A DNA stretch of 64,000 nucleotides from an uncultured bacterium (GCA_964409335.1 CAYPCW010000003.1:6421-70420); one strand, 5' to 3'; shown: positions 45,693 through 55,715, counted from the stretch's first letter. Made by a program: numbers and translations. Notes: generated by a model not told the origin, from the letters alone.

Positions 45693-46879
45693 AATTTCGA
45701 CTCCCTTCTATCAAAATTCAGTTTCTATTTATCGTACAATTCGTGTTGATTTTATCTGTACTTTTTTATCGATTGTATTTCATCCAAAATTTTGAACAAT
45801 ACGAAAATCAGATTGCTAACCTTGGAGTCGAAGACAGGCTTCGATCAATCTACCAGAATTACCGGGATCAAATCGCTCCTGAATATCTTGATGATTTTAA
45901 AATGGATATTGATACGTTGTTGGGTATAACGACCTTAAGTAAGTGGGGCGCCTCGAATTTTGAATCTGAAATGGAGCTCTATTCCCTGTATATCCTTATT
46001 TCTATCATCATTGCAGTATTTTTATTTACTATATTTACTTTTAAACTCATCACCCGGCCGTTGGAAAAACTACAGTATGCGACCCAGGCATTGTCCCGGG
46101 GTGATTTGAATGTTAATGTACCGGAGAGTAAATATTCACCTTTAAACGAACTCATTGTCTCCTTTAATTCGATGGTCAAAGAACTTGAGGCATCACGCGA
46201 CCAACTAATCTCTGCAGAAAAAGAAACAATCTGGCGGGAAATGGCGAGGGTCATGGCTCATGAAATTAAAAATCCACTTACACCCTTACAATTGACAGCT
46301 GAACGACTCGAGTCAAAATTGCTGGAATCAACCGATGCCGTGGTCAGGATCCTTCCCCGGTCGCTGGAGGTGATCAAGGAGGAAATTGCAGGACTGAAAC
46401 GACTGACCGTTGAATTCTCAGAATTTGCACGTCTTCCGGAATCCCTGCCCTCAAACTTCGATCTGGTAAAACTTGTAAAAGAAGTAGTGGCGCCCTATCA
46501 GTCCAAAGCTAAAATTAATTTCAAGGATAAGGAAGAACTACACATATTTGCCGATAGATTTCAAATCAAACAGGTTTTGGTCAATTTAATTCAAAACAGT
46601 ATCCATGCGAGCGAGACTACTCCGGAGATTTCCATACACACCGGGACCGGTGCCGATCAATTGATTTGGGTGACCGTTTCCGATCGGGGAAAAGGGATAC
46701 CTGAGGAGGATATCCCAAGAATATTCGAGCCTTATTTTTCCAAACGTAAAAAAGGGACCGGACTCGGTCTCGCAATTGTGAAAAAAATAGTCGAACACCA
46801 CAATGGTGTTATTTCGGTGACTAGCCGGGTAAATGAAGGAACCTCATTTATGATTAAATTACCGGTGCATTACTATTAA
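45689..46879 (+). CDS. sensor histidine kinase, NtrY-like (TM-HAMP-HisKA-HATPase, no PAS)
   Basis: 396 aa. Two TM segments, HAMP, H-box MAHEIKNPLTPLQLTAERL, N-box LVNLIQNSIHA, G-boxes DRGKGI and GTGLGLAIV. Confidence 0.85.
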   Translation: MKFRLPSIKIQFLFIVQFVLILSVLFYRLYFIQNFEQYENQIANLGVEDRLRSIYQNYRDQIAPEYLDDFKMDIDTLLGITTLSKWGASNFESEMELYSLYILISIIIAVFLFTIFTFKLITRPLEKLQYATQALSRGDLNVNVPESKYSPLNELIVSFNSMVKELEASRDQLISAEKETIWREMARVMAHEIKNPLTPLQLTAERLESKLLESTDAVVRILPRSLEVIKEEIAGLKRLTVEFSEFARLPESLPSNFDLVKLVKEVVAPYQSKAKINFKDKEELHIFADRFQIKQVLVNLIQNSIHASETTPEISIHTGTGADQLIWVTVSDRGKGIPEEDIPRIFEPYFSKRKKGTGLGLAIVKKIVEHHNGVISVTSRVNEGTSFMIKLPVHYY

Positions 46880-46914
46880 AATTTTCAGGTACACCAAAAA
46901 ATTCAGGACAGCCA

Positions 46915-48270
46915 ATGCGTATTTTAGTCGTTGATGATGAGAAAAATATCCGGTTTACCCTTACCGACATTCTTCAGGATGAGGGATATACCGTGGACAG
47001 TGTGGATAGCGGCGAAAAGTGCCTGGCACGCCTGAAGAGACAAAAATACGAGCTGGTCATTCTGGATGTTCGTATGCCCGGAATGGACGGAATTCAGGTT
47101 TTTCAAAAACTCAAGGAAATTGAATATGATGCTGATGTGCTGGTTATTTCAGGCCATAGCGGAATAGAAACCGCCGTACAGGCGGTAAAGCTCGGAGCAT
47201 ACGATTTTATTGAAAAGCCGCTGTCAATGTCTAAAATTCTCACAGCAGCGAGAAATATTGCACAAAAACAATCCCTACAGTTTACCGCCAGTCAGACCAT
47301 GTCCGATAAACTGAAAAAATATGCGATGATTGGAAATTCTCCCCAAATCCAGAGTATTCGGGATATCATCGAAAAGGCGGCGCCGACGGATACAAAAGTC
47401 CTTATCCGGGGTGAAAGCGGAACTGGAAAAGAATTGGTCGCATGGGCGATTCACGATAAAAGTCATCGACGTGAAAAACCATTTATTGCTTTTAATTCTG
47501 CTGCGCTCCCAACCGAACTGGTTGAAAGTGAACTATTCGGATATGATAAGGGCGCCTTTACCGGTGCCGAAAAGCGGAAGATCGGTAAACTGGAGATGGC
47601 TCATGGGGGAACCCTCTTTTTAGATGAGATCGGCGACATGAGTATGACAACACAGGCTAAAGTTCTCAGGGTGATCCAGGAAGGAACGTTCGAACGGGTG
47701 GGCGGCGAAAGTACTATCCGTATTGATGTGCGTATCCTGGCAGCAACCCACAAAGACCTGGAAAACATGATCTCTGAGAGCGCTTTTCGCCAGGATCTGT
47801 TCTATCGCCTGAATGTTCTGCCGATGAGCATCCCACCCCTTCGGGATCGAACCGGTGATGTCCTGTTTCTCGCAGACCATTTTCTGCAGTATTATGCCAC
47901 AGAACTGAAGGAAGATCTTAAATATCTGACCCCGAAAGCCAAAGCGTGTTTGGAGTCATATGAGTTCCCTGGGAATGTCCGGGAACTGAGAAATCTCATC
48001 GAACGTTTATGCATCCTTGTAACCAATCAGGAGATCACGGATAAAGATGTCCTTCCTCATCTTCGAAACAAAACCGGTAATGACGAAATCTGCGATTTTA
48101 TGACATTTGAAAATTTTTCGGATGCCAGGCGGGAATTTGAAACCCGGTTTATCACTGAAAAACTGAAACAATCCAAATGGAATATCACTGCAGCCGCAGA
48201 GAAACTGGGGATGAGACAACCCAACTTATCCCGAAAAATGAAAGAGCTGAAAATTTCCCGTATCGACTGA
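46915..48270 (+). CDS. sigma-54-dependent Fis-family response regulator (NtrC/NtrX-like)
   Basis: 451 aa. Receiver domain (VDDE...ILDVRMPGMDG), AAA+ with Walker A GESGTGKEL, GAFTGA loop (YDKGAFTGA), LFLDEIG, and a C-terminal HTH (NITAAAEKLGMRQPNLSRK). Confidence 0.9.
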   Translation: MRILVVDDEKNIRFTLTDILQDEGYTVDSVDSGEKCLARLKRQKYELVILDVRMPGMDGIQVFQKLKEIEYDADVLVISGHSGIETAVQAVKLGAYDFIEKPLSMSKILTAARNIAQKQSLQFTASQTMSDKLKKYAMIGNSPQIQSIRDIIEKAAPTDTKVLIRGESGTGKELVAWAIHDKSHRREKPFIAFNSAALPTELVESELFGYDKGAFTGAEKRKIGKLEMAHGGTLFLDEIGDMSMTTQAKVLRVIQEGTFERVGGESTIRIDVRILAATHKDLENMISESAFRQDLFYRLNVLPMSIPPLRDRTGDVLFLADHFLQYYATELKEDLKYLTPKAKACLESYEFPGNVRELRNLIERLCILVTNQEITDKDVLPHLRNKTGNDEICDFMTFENFSDARREFETRFITEKLKQSKWNITAAAEKLGMRQPNLSRKMKELKISRID

Positions 48271-48421
48271 CCAATCCGCAACCCAAAGGATCTGATCTCT
48301 AATCCGGTTTTTGCCTTGACGGAAGTCAGAATGATTAAACGTAATTATTATGCCTCCATTTCTTTCGGGTAATTCCATAACCATGACAGCCTAAATTTCA
48401 TCTTTCGCATCTACCTAAATC

Positions 48422-50779
48422 ATGACATTTAATAAAGTTATAACATTATGTCTTTTATTCTCACTCGGATTTTCGGCAGGGATATCCGGTTATGTCCGTA
48501 ATTCTGAGAATGGTGAGCCCATTTCCTTTGCCACCATCATGGTTCAACATACGCAGATAGGCACATCGGCAGATATTCACGGGTATTATGTGATTCAGGG
48601 CGCTCCCGTCGGAGATGTGTCATTGATCTTTATGATGATTGGTTTTTCACCCGACACTTTGCAAGTCCGCAATTACGATGGAGATAACCGGGTGGATGCA
48701 GATCTTTCCCCCATCGTCCTTTCCGGTGAGACCGTCGAGGTGAGTGGAGAAAAAGCACAATTTCTCCGGCAATCCAATGTGAGCAACATTAACCTGACAG
48801 TGAGGGATATCCGGTCGGTTCCCGCCTTTATTGAAGATGACATTTTCCGGACCTTTCAATTATTGCCCGGCGTCACATCACAGAATGATTTTTCTGCAGC
48901 GATTATCGTTCGCGGTGGCAGCCCCGATGAAAATTTAGTTCTGTTGGACACGCCACAAATCTACAACCCCTACCATGTGGGTGGAATTTTCTCCACATTC
49001 AACACTGACGCTATATCAAATGCCAGGTTTATTTCCGGTGGATTTCAATCTGAATACGGTGGACATCTGTCCTCGGTAATCAGCCTGACCACGAAAGAAG
49101 GAAATTCACGCAGAGGCCGGTTCTCTGCCGACCATTGGTTCTCGGATTACTGGAATATCAACGATATCCAGGGCGAAGTCACCCTGTTAAGTTCCAAGTT
49201 TCTTGCCGAAGGTCCTTCTTATAAAGGATCATGGTTTTTCTCCGGTCGCAGAACTTATTTTGACCAGCTTGCTTCTTTATACTACCGGGTCAGAGGTACC
49301 GACCAGAACTGGAATTATTATTTCTGGGATACTAATTTCAAAATCCATTCTGACATTTCATCAAACCACCGGATCACCTATACCCAATATTCCGGTTTAG
49401 ATGATTTATTTATCAATGTGGGTGGCAACGATCTGCCAGAGATTAATTTTCTTTGGGATTGGGGTAACCGGACCCGAAGTATTCAATGGCGATATCTCCC
49501 CTCTTCAAAACGGGTACTGGAGACCAACCTGACTCAAGCCCTCTATTTTTTTAATGTAGATTTTGATTTTACTATCCTCCGTGAAAGCAGTTTTTCAGAT
49601 TCCACGGAATCATCAGGGTTCGTAGCGCACATGACCAACCGGGTGAAGGATCAGGGATTTTCCCAGAATTTGACGTGGTTTTTGGATTCCGGGCACTCGG
49701 TGAATACCGGGTATTCCCTAAAAAAATTAAGTCTGCAATACCGTGAAACATTTGCCGGTTCCAAGATTGTGGACTGGGATCAATCTCCGACTCTTTTCGA
49801 GTGCTATATCACCGATTCGCGTCGTCCGGTTGACCGCCTGATCCTCGATATCGGTGTTCGCCTGACAAAGTATGAGTATTATGACCATTGGGTGTTTGAT
49901 CCGCGGTTCAATTTCAAATATTTTCTTACGGGCGAGCTGGCGGTGAAAGGAAGCTGGGGAATGTACTCACAATTTTTATTTACCATTAATCATGATGACC
50001 AGCTTCTGCGGATCGTGGATTTCTGGCAGCCCGTCATGAAAGGATATCAGCCTCAGCGCGCCGAGCATTTTATCCTTGGGCTGGAATATTTCGCACCTTA
50101 CAATCTGTCAGTAAATCTCGAGGGATATGTAAAACCATACCGATACATTTTGGACATGAGCCGGGTTTACCACCCTTCTGATGGAGAGGGCGGATTTGTC
50201 GCCGGCACCGGAATCGCACGGGGTATTGAAATCCTGCTGAAGAAATATCAGGGGGATATTACCGGATGGCTGGGGTATTCCTACTCCCTGACAAAAAAAA
50301 CCATGGACTATAACGAAAATGGCGTCATCGAACCGGTGTTGGGTGAAAAATTCCATGCGAAATATGACATGCCTCACAGTTTTAATCTCGTGATAAATTA
50401 CCGGATAAATCCGAAGCATACCCTATCCACCAGTTGTACAGCCCGCACCGGTGAACCCTTCACCCCGCCTAAGGGGAAAGTGTTCCATCAGGGTGTGAAT
50501 ATTTTTGGATCCGTGGATAATCCCTATCAACGGCTGGATACTTATTACGGACTCAAGAACAGCGCCCGGTATCCCTTTTATTTTCGGCTGGACCTTGCCT
50601 ACGGTTATAGTTCAACGGTGTTCAAAAAGGCTGTTGTATATCAGCTTCAACTCATCAATCTCACCAATCATTATAATGTGCTGCTGTACAACTGGGACCT
50701 GGAAGCATCACCCGCTAAAGTCAGCGCTTATAGCATGTTCCCCATACTTATCACCTTCGGATTAGAAATTAAATTATGA
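48422..50779 (+). CDS. TonB-dependent receptor with N-terminal carboxypeptidase-regulatory-like domain
   Basis: 785 aa. Signal peptide, ISGYVRNSENGEPISFATIMV (CarboxypepD_reg-like), a plug region (VPAFIEDDIFRTFQLLPGV, IIVRGGSPDEN), a long barrel, and a terminal aromatic-rich ...ITFGLEIKL. Confidence 0.8.
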   Translation: MTFNKVITLCLLFSLGFSAGISGYVRNSENGEPISFATIMVQHTQIGTSADIHGYYVIQGAPVGDVSLIFMMIGFSPDTLQVRNYDGDNRVDADLSPIVLSGETVEVSGEKAQFLRQSNVSNINLTVRDIRSVPAFIEDDIFRTFQLLPGVTSQNDFSAAIIVRGGSPDENLVLLDTPQIYNPYHVGGIFSTFNTDAISNARFISGGFQSEYGGHLSSVISLTTKEGNSRRGRFSADHWFSDYWNINDIQGEVTLLSSKFLAEGPSYKGSWFFSGRRTYFDQLASLYYRVRGTDQNWNYYFWDTNFKIHSDISSNHRITYTQYSGLDDLFINVGGNDLPEINFLWDWGNRTRSIQWRYLPSSKRVLETNLTQALYFFNVDFDFTILRESSFSDSTESSGFVAHMTNRVKDQGFSQNLTWFLDSGHSVNTGYSLKKLSLQYRETFAGSKIVDWDQSPTLFECYITDSRRPVDRLILDIGVRLTKYEYYDHWVFDPRFNFKYFLTGELAVKGSWGMYSQFLFTINHDDQLLRIVDFWQPVMKGYQPQRAEHFILGLEYFAPYNLSVNLEGYVKPYRYILDMSRVYHPSDGEGGFVAGTGIARGIEILLKKYQGDITGWLGYSYSLTKKTMDYNENGVIEPVLGEKFHAKYDMPHSFNLVINYRINPKHTLSTSCTARTGEPFTPPKGKVFHQGVNIFGSVDNPYQRLDTYYGLKNSARYPFYFRLDLAYGYSSTVFKKAVVYQLQLINLTNHYNVLLYNWDLEASPAKVSAYSMFPILITFGLEIKL

Positions 50780-52344
50780 AATTTATCAGTACCCTTCTAT
50801 GTGCGACCTTTCTGGTTTTACTGTCTTGTGAACGGGAGATTTCACTCTATGACATCGATGGAATTAACGAGGGCAACAATTATTATCAGGGTGAACTGCG
50901 TATCGAAGGTATCCTGTTCCCCACCGAAAATATGGCTTTAGTTCGCATCGATAAGACCTTTCCTCTCAACGAAAATTACATCTATGATTGCCTCGATAAC
51001 GACGGCGACTGGGACCCCCTTACGGATGATCTTGGAGAGGACGGACAGGTAAATGATCCTAATGACGACGATCATGACGGTATTACCAACGAACCCAGTA
51101 TTGGGGAGAATAACGGTATCCCCGATTGTGGCGAACCCAATGTGGATGAGTATGATGAAGTCCTGCCTAACTTTCATGTGGATTCTACGATCTGTTCATC
51201 GGTGAAACTGTATGGTCCATGGGGTGAATATCCGTTCACATGGGTGGACAATGCCGCCCAATTGATCTCATATCCGGAATACGACCCGAATCTGGATGAA
51301 GCCATCACCGAATGGTACGGAGGGTGGATCCCCATAAGTGAAATCGATTTCGGAATGTCACCGGATATGCCCATTGAAGACCGGATTTATTCCCTTGAAT
51401 GTGACTGCGGCGAATTCGGTGTTATTACCGCAACGGATACTTTGTTACTGCCCGTCAATTTTTATGGCGACAGCCTCGGAATTACCGCGCTGTATGAAAA
51501 TATTTACAATTATCCCACTATTCTGAATTTACTACAAAACTGTCCTGTGGATAATTTCTGGCTTACTTCATCCACCGGTGAGGCATTCTCCACCCGGCAG
51601 ATCTATTTTTCATCCCCCCTGGAAGCCACCAGTTTCTGGGTAAAGGTTGAAGAATTTTCACCTGACGGAATAAATCTCGATACCTGTACGCCTACGAATT
51701 TGAATTATATTCACGCCTTTCCTGCGATGAGCACTGTAGAAGGGATGTTGAATGATAATACTTACATCACCGGAACCGTCATAGCTGAAATCCCCGGATA
51801 CTATCGCATCAATGTTCAGACCATGTCCCATGGATTTGAAAATTATTACTTTTATACTGATCTGGACCTTCATGACCCTGTCCGAAGTAATTTGCGAAAA
51901 AATGATGGAAGTGTGGCGATGGGGAGTTTCGGTGCATTGACCACTAATTCTTTGTACACGATTGTTCAGCTCCCCCCTATGGTATACATGGATCACCTGG
52001 ATGTAGCCGGGCATTTATTGTATATCGGGATTGAGACCCAGATCAACGTAAACTGGTTCCATATTCGGATTTCCGGGGCAAATATTACCGGTCAGATTCC
52101 CGGCGGGGAAATTGCCGATGAGGACTGGAATCTAATTGTTAGTCCGTCCACCGGCGAAATATCAGGTCAACCGCAGGTGGATCCTATCCTCAACGGGGAA
52201 AATATACTGTTTGCAGTGATCGAACTGGATCCGGCATCCCTGGTACCGGGTGCGGTGATCTGTATGGAAGATATCGGATTTACCTGGACAGGTCATAATT
52301 TCCCTTATGTGGTATTCTACGGTCCCTGTATTACGATAGAATAA
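50776..52344 (+). CDS. lipoprotein with Asp-rich calcium-binding-like insert (possibly DUF4249-like partner of the receptor)
   Basis: 522 aa. Lipobox LVLLSC. DNDGDWDPLTDDLGEDGQVNDPNDDDHDGITNE (DxDxDG-type). ATGA overlap with the receptor gene. Confidence 0.6.
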   Translation: MKFISTLLCATFLVLLSCEREISLYDIDGINEGNNYYQGELRIEGILFPTENMALVRIDKTFPLNENYIYDCLDNDGDWDPLTDDLGEDGQVNDPNDDDHDGITNEPSIGENNGIPDCGEPNVDEYDEVLPNFHVDSTICSSVKLYGPWGEYPFTWVDNAAQLISYPEYDPNLDEAITEWYGGWIPISEIDFGMSPDMPIEDRIYSLECDCGEFGVITATDTLLLPVNFYGDSLGITALYENIYNYPTILNLLQNCPVDNFWLTSSTGEAFSTRQIYFSSPLEATSFWVKVEEFSPDGINLDTCTPTNLNYIHAFPAMSTVEGMLNDNTYITGTVIAEIPGYYRINVQTMSHGFENYYFYTDLDLHDPVRSNLRKNDGSVAMGSFGALTTNSLYTIVQLPPMVYMDHLDVAGHLLYIGIETQINVNWFHIRISGANITGQIPGGEIADEDWNLIVSPSTGEISGQPQVDPILNGENILFAVIELDPASLVPGAVICMEDIGFTWTGHNFPYVVFYGPCITIE

Positions 52345-52378
52345 TCGTTTGATGTCATTCACAATAAGTTCCTTGGCG

Positions 52379-53062
52379 CTAATTCCAATCCGCAGGCAGG
52401 GGCAGACTCCCCTTCAACAGCGAGGCGGGTTCTTCCTTTTCGATTTCCTTTTCAAGATACTGGCATACCACATTCAATCTCAGACTGATGTCCGGTAGTT
52501 CAAGTAGTTTCTGCTGTTCTTCTAAGGGAATGCCTAACAACGAAGCGATGATGTTGGTGATCATTTCTTTATTGATAAGCGGATTATTTAACAGGCTGGT
52601 TTCCATATCCGTTTTGGAAACGTGAAGAAATTCGCTGAACGTATCCAGCAGTTTCTTTTTTTCGCCAAGATCCGGTGAAGACACTACATCTTTGATCACG
52701 GTCATCGCACCGGTACGGTACGCCAGGTCGTGCATGGCTTCGTTGATTTCCACTTTTTCCAGACCGATCACATTGATATTAATCGATCCATCTTTCAGGG
52801 TTTCACTCTCAAAAATATGAACCAGGGTTCCGATTTTGTAGATGGGGGGATATCCCTTTAATCTGGGATTTGTCTCTCTTTTTTCCAGAACAACCGTCAT
52901 GAAATTATCCGTTTCAAGGGTTTTTTTCACCATTGTGATATCATTTATATTCGTAATTGCAAACATATGTCCGGTCTTGGGAAACATCACCATTTCACAC
53001 TGAACCAGTAACGGGGAACTCCCGCTAAAAGAGTCCATGAAAGGTTTTCGATATAATTTCAT
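52379..53062 (-). CDS. LON substrate-binding (Lon N-terminal) domain protein
   Basis: 227 aa. IYKIGTLVHIFESETLKDGSININVIGLEKVEI resembles the Lon N-domain core. No AAA+ or protease part. Confidence 0.5.
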   Translation of the reverse strand: MKLYRKPFMDSFSGSSPLLVQCEMVMFPKTGHMFAITNINDITMVKKTLETDNFMTVVLEKRETNPRLKGYPPIYKIGTLVHIFESETLKDGSININVIGLEKVEINEAMHDLAYRTGAMTVIKDVVSSPDLGEKKKLLDTFSEFLHVSKTDMETSLLNNPLINKEMITNIIASLLGIPLEEQQKLLELPDISLRLNVVCQYLEKEIEKEEPASLLKGSLPLPADWN

Positions 53063-53108
53063 GTATTACTCCGCTTTCACTTTTCAGATATCGTCGCGAC
53101 GTCTGATT

Positions 53109-53771
53109 TTAGCCGATCAATGATAATACTTTATCTACCAATCCGGTAATGCCTTGTTCCACATCGCGGATTCGTGGACCCAGCATATAAGCAGGTGTAG
53201 ATACAATTTTATATTTCTCATCTGTGACATAATTCTGCACGGCACAGTTGGTATGCATAACACCCAGTTTCTCCAACTCGTCTGCGGTGACCTGATCGTT
53301 ACCGATAGTGAGGTGGACGTTTTGTGTAATGTTACAGATCGCCCGTGCAGCCATCGCCGGGGAGATGCAGATCACACCGATTGGTTTCGAGGCCTTCACC
53401 ATCTCCTGTATCATCCGTTCCACATGGGGGTGGACGGTACAGTTGGCGCCTTGAGTGCCAAAATCGCTGAGATTCAGTGCTGCGCCGTAACCACCGGGGA
53501 AGATCAGCGCATCCAGGTTATTCGCATGGATTGTGGCGATATCCCGTACATTCCCGCGGGTGATCCGTGCACTTTCAATAAGGACATTTCGTGTTTCGTT
53601 GACCGCATCACCCGTCTGATGATTGATGACGATTCGCTGAGGCATATCCGGCGCTATAAAAATAATTTCTGCACCGGCACGGTCCAGAGCCAGTACCGTG
53701 AGAACTGCCTCCTGGATCTCTGTGCCGTCCCTGTAGCCGCAACCGGATAAGCAAACACCTACTTTTGGCAT
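53109..53771 (-). CDS. elbB: isoprenoid biosynthesis glyoxalase ElbB (DJ-1/PfpI superfamily)
   Basis: 220 aa. Collinear by eye with E. coli ElbB: GVCLSGCGYRDGTEIQEAVL, ETRNVLIESARITRG, FPGGYGAA.NLS.F, ICISPAM, TPAYML. Confidence 0.85.
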   Translation of the reverse strand: MPKVGVCLSGCGYRDGTEIQEAVLTVLALDRAGAEIIFIAPDMPQRIVINHQTGDAVNETRNVLIESARITRGNVRDIATIHANNLDALIFPGGYGAALNLSDFGTQGANCTVHPHVERMIQEMVKASKPIGVICISPAMAARAICNITQNVHLTIGNDQVTADELEKLGVMHTNCAVQNYVTDEKYKIVSTPAYMLGPRIRDVEQGITGLVDKVLSLIG

Positions 53772-53810
53772 AATAATTCTCCTTATTTTTATATGTGTCT
53801 TTGGTCGAAA

Positions 53811-54773
53811 TTACTCTGTTGGCCGGATTCTGCCAACAGTTTTCGATACCCATTCAATATTTCGTATCAACCCGGAATATTTGGTACGCTTTACAGCACT
53901 GTGACGGAATAGCGTACGAAACTCCACTTCATTCAATTGTCCCCATTCCTCCTGTGACTTTCTTTGGATACCCTCGCGCATCTGAAATTCCGGTACATCG
54001 GTCTTCTGTTCGCTTTTTTGATTCCAGGGGCAGATCTGCTGACAGATATCGCAGCCATAGATCCATCCGTCAAAAGTGCCGGCAAATTCAGGAGGGATGT
54101 CCCCCCGGTGTTCAATTGTGAGATACGATATACACTTTCCCGCATCCAGCACATAGGGTGCCGGGAAAGCCTTTGTCGGACAGGCGTCGAGACAGGCGGT
54201 ACAGGTTCCGCAATGGTCGGATTTAAAAGGGGTATCGGGCCTCAGTTCAATGTCTACCATGAGTTCACCCAAAAACAGCCATGATCCGTGATTTGTGGTA
54301 ATGAAATTGGTGTGTTTGCCCTGCCAGCCCAACCCCGCCTGTTGCGCCCACACCTTGTCGGTTACCGGAGAAGTATCCACGCAGACCCGGTATTTGACCT
54401 TCGGGTACAGGGACATGATGAATGTCAGCAGTTCGAATAATTTCCGTTTTATCACCGTGTGATAATCGCCCCCCCAGGCGTAATTGGAAATTTTCACCTG
54501 GCCGGGACCATCCTGCGCTCTGCCGGTAAAATAATTCATTGCCACAGATATCACGGACTTTACTTCGGGAAAATATGTGTAGACATCCGCTCTTTCGACA
54601 GATCGTGCCGCCATCCATCCCATCGAGGCAGAGTATCCTGCTTCCAGCCATTGGGATAACCGTTGACGATGGATATCGGGTAAATCAGGTGAAGCAATCC
54701 CGGCTTTTGTAAATCCCAGGGATCGCGCATGACGTTTAATTCGGTCTGAAAAAGAGTGATCCATCGTTGCCAA
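53811..54773 (-). CDS. queG: tRNA epoxyqueuosine(34) reductase
   Basis: 320 aa. Two ferredoxin-like motifs CGTCTACLDACP and CDICQQICPWN. WAQQAGLGWQGKHT region. Confidence 0.9.
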   Translation of the reverse strand: MATMDHSFSDRIKRHARSLGFTKAGIASPDLPDIHRQRLSQWLEAGYSASMGWMAARSVERADVYTYFPEVKSVISVAMNYFTGRAQDGPGQVKISNYAWGGDYHTVIKRKLFELLTFIMSLYPKVKYRVCVDTSPVTDKVWAQQAGLGWQGKHTNFITTNHGSWLFLGELMVDIELRPDTPFKSDHCGTCTACLDACPTKAFPAPYVLDAGKCISYLTIEHRGDIPPEFAGTFDGWIYGCDICQQICPWNQKSEQKTDVPEFQMREGIQRKSQEEWGQLNEVEFRTLFRHSAVKRTKYSGLIRNIEWVSKTVGRIRPTE

Positions 54774-54915
54774 AATTTATGATGGTTTACCCGTTGTAAT
54801 TAGGGCGATGATCATGTCATTCCACCGGGGATGATGCGGGACCCTGACCGGGTGTTGTCATCCGATCATTATTAAGGGGGGTTTCATCAGTGTTACCCTT
54901 CATATGGATATCCGG

Positions 54916-55365
54916 TCAATCCCAGACGAATCGCCAGTTATCGTCCGGTTGTCTCTTCCAAACCGTATGAAATATTCCGGTACTTTCTTCCGTATGTCCA
55001 GTTGAATCGCTGATTGCATAAACATATGTACCATACGTGTACGCCATATCTCCGCAAGAGGAGACATCCACAAAATCAGGCGCCCATGAAAGGCTGACAC
55101 CCGGTTGTTTTGAAGTGTCGGGCCCGTAACTTTCCATCAATGCATCCTTACCGACTACCAACCGTTTACCTCTGCTCAAAACCACATCATCTGCGGCAAA
55201 GGCTAAAAATCCCGCCGGGATCCCCTCCTTCTCAACCAGGGCGGCAAAATCTTTCTCAGTTTGGATAATTTCGCTTTTCCATTTGTCAATATTATCAGGG
55301 TTCACTGATTTTTCACAGGAAAAGGATATGATGAAGACAAATAATACCGGGACTGTTTTTTTCAT
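54916..55365 (-). CDS. DUF4440/SnoaL-like (NTF2 fold) lipoprotein
   Basis: 149 aa. Signal plus Cys (IISFSC). C-terminal FHTVWKRQPDDNWRFVWD typical of NTF2-like DUF4440 proteins. Confidence 0.6.
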   Translation of the reverse strand: MKKTVPVLFVFIISFSCEKSVNPDNIDKWKSEIIQTEKDFAALVEKEGIPAGFLAFAADDVVLSRGKRLVVGKDALMESYGPDTSKQPGVSLSWAPDFVDVSSCGDMAYTYGTYVYAISDSTGHTEESTGIFHTVWKRQPDDNWRFVWD

Positions 55366-55686
55366 GGTTTTCCTTTTATTGTTAATATAAAATTAGATAC
55401 AATTAAACGGTGACCGCCCATCAACTGCCCTGGGTTTCTTTTTATGGTTGACTTTCACCCCGATTTTCTAAGAGATTTTACACAACCGGTTTAATTTTTA
55501 CCAAGATGAAAATCACACAGGTCATCCGGTGACGAACCTTTTACCATTTTCTATCTACCGGGTAAAGATATAACACTTCACATACACCGGCTACCAGTAG
55601 CCGTTGAAGATTAAGTTTCCCTGACAAATAAAATTCAGATAAGTAACGGTGCTATTTCCGTGGATTTTCAACGATCGATCCGGTAC

Positions 55687-55715
55687 AAAAAAGCCCGTCT
55701 GATGACAGGCTTTTT
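55687..55715 (-). terminator. candidate Rho-independent terminator after the M16 peptidase gene
   Basis: The minus strand reads AAAAAGCCTGTC-ATCA-GACGGGCTTTTTTGT (7 of 8 stem pairs, T-run). It lies 22 nt after the stop at 55738. Confidence 0.6.

Noticed and set aside
48271-48421. Riboswitch (for example cobalamin) or sigma-54 promoter in the 151-nt spacer before the TonB-dependent receptor
   Set aside because: I could see no B12-box-like GCCACTG core, no TGGCAC-N5-TTGC, and no convincing multi-stem structure.
53154-53750. 198-aa plus-strand ORF covering almost all of elbB on the opposite strand
   Set aside because: ElbB on the minus strand is collinear with a well-known family. The plus-strand ORF has no recognisable motif and a skewed Cys/His/Arg-rich composition typical of antisense shadow ORFs.
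54265-54651. 128-aa minus-strand ORF in another frame inside queG, plus plus-strand ORFs at 53795-54284
   Set aside because: The QueG frame has both 4Fe-4S motifs over its full length. The alternatives are Gly/Arg-rich frame shadows.
55366-55686. 320-nt ORF-free gap between the M16 peptidase and the DUF4440 gene as a possible ncRNA or tRNA
   Set aside because: No cloverleaf, no conserved ncRNA motif I recognise, and only a short CGGCTAC/GTAGCCG stem. It is most simply a terminator plus promoter region. An Infernal/Rfam scan would be the decisive test.
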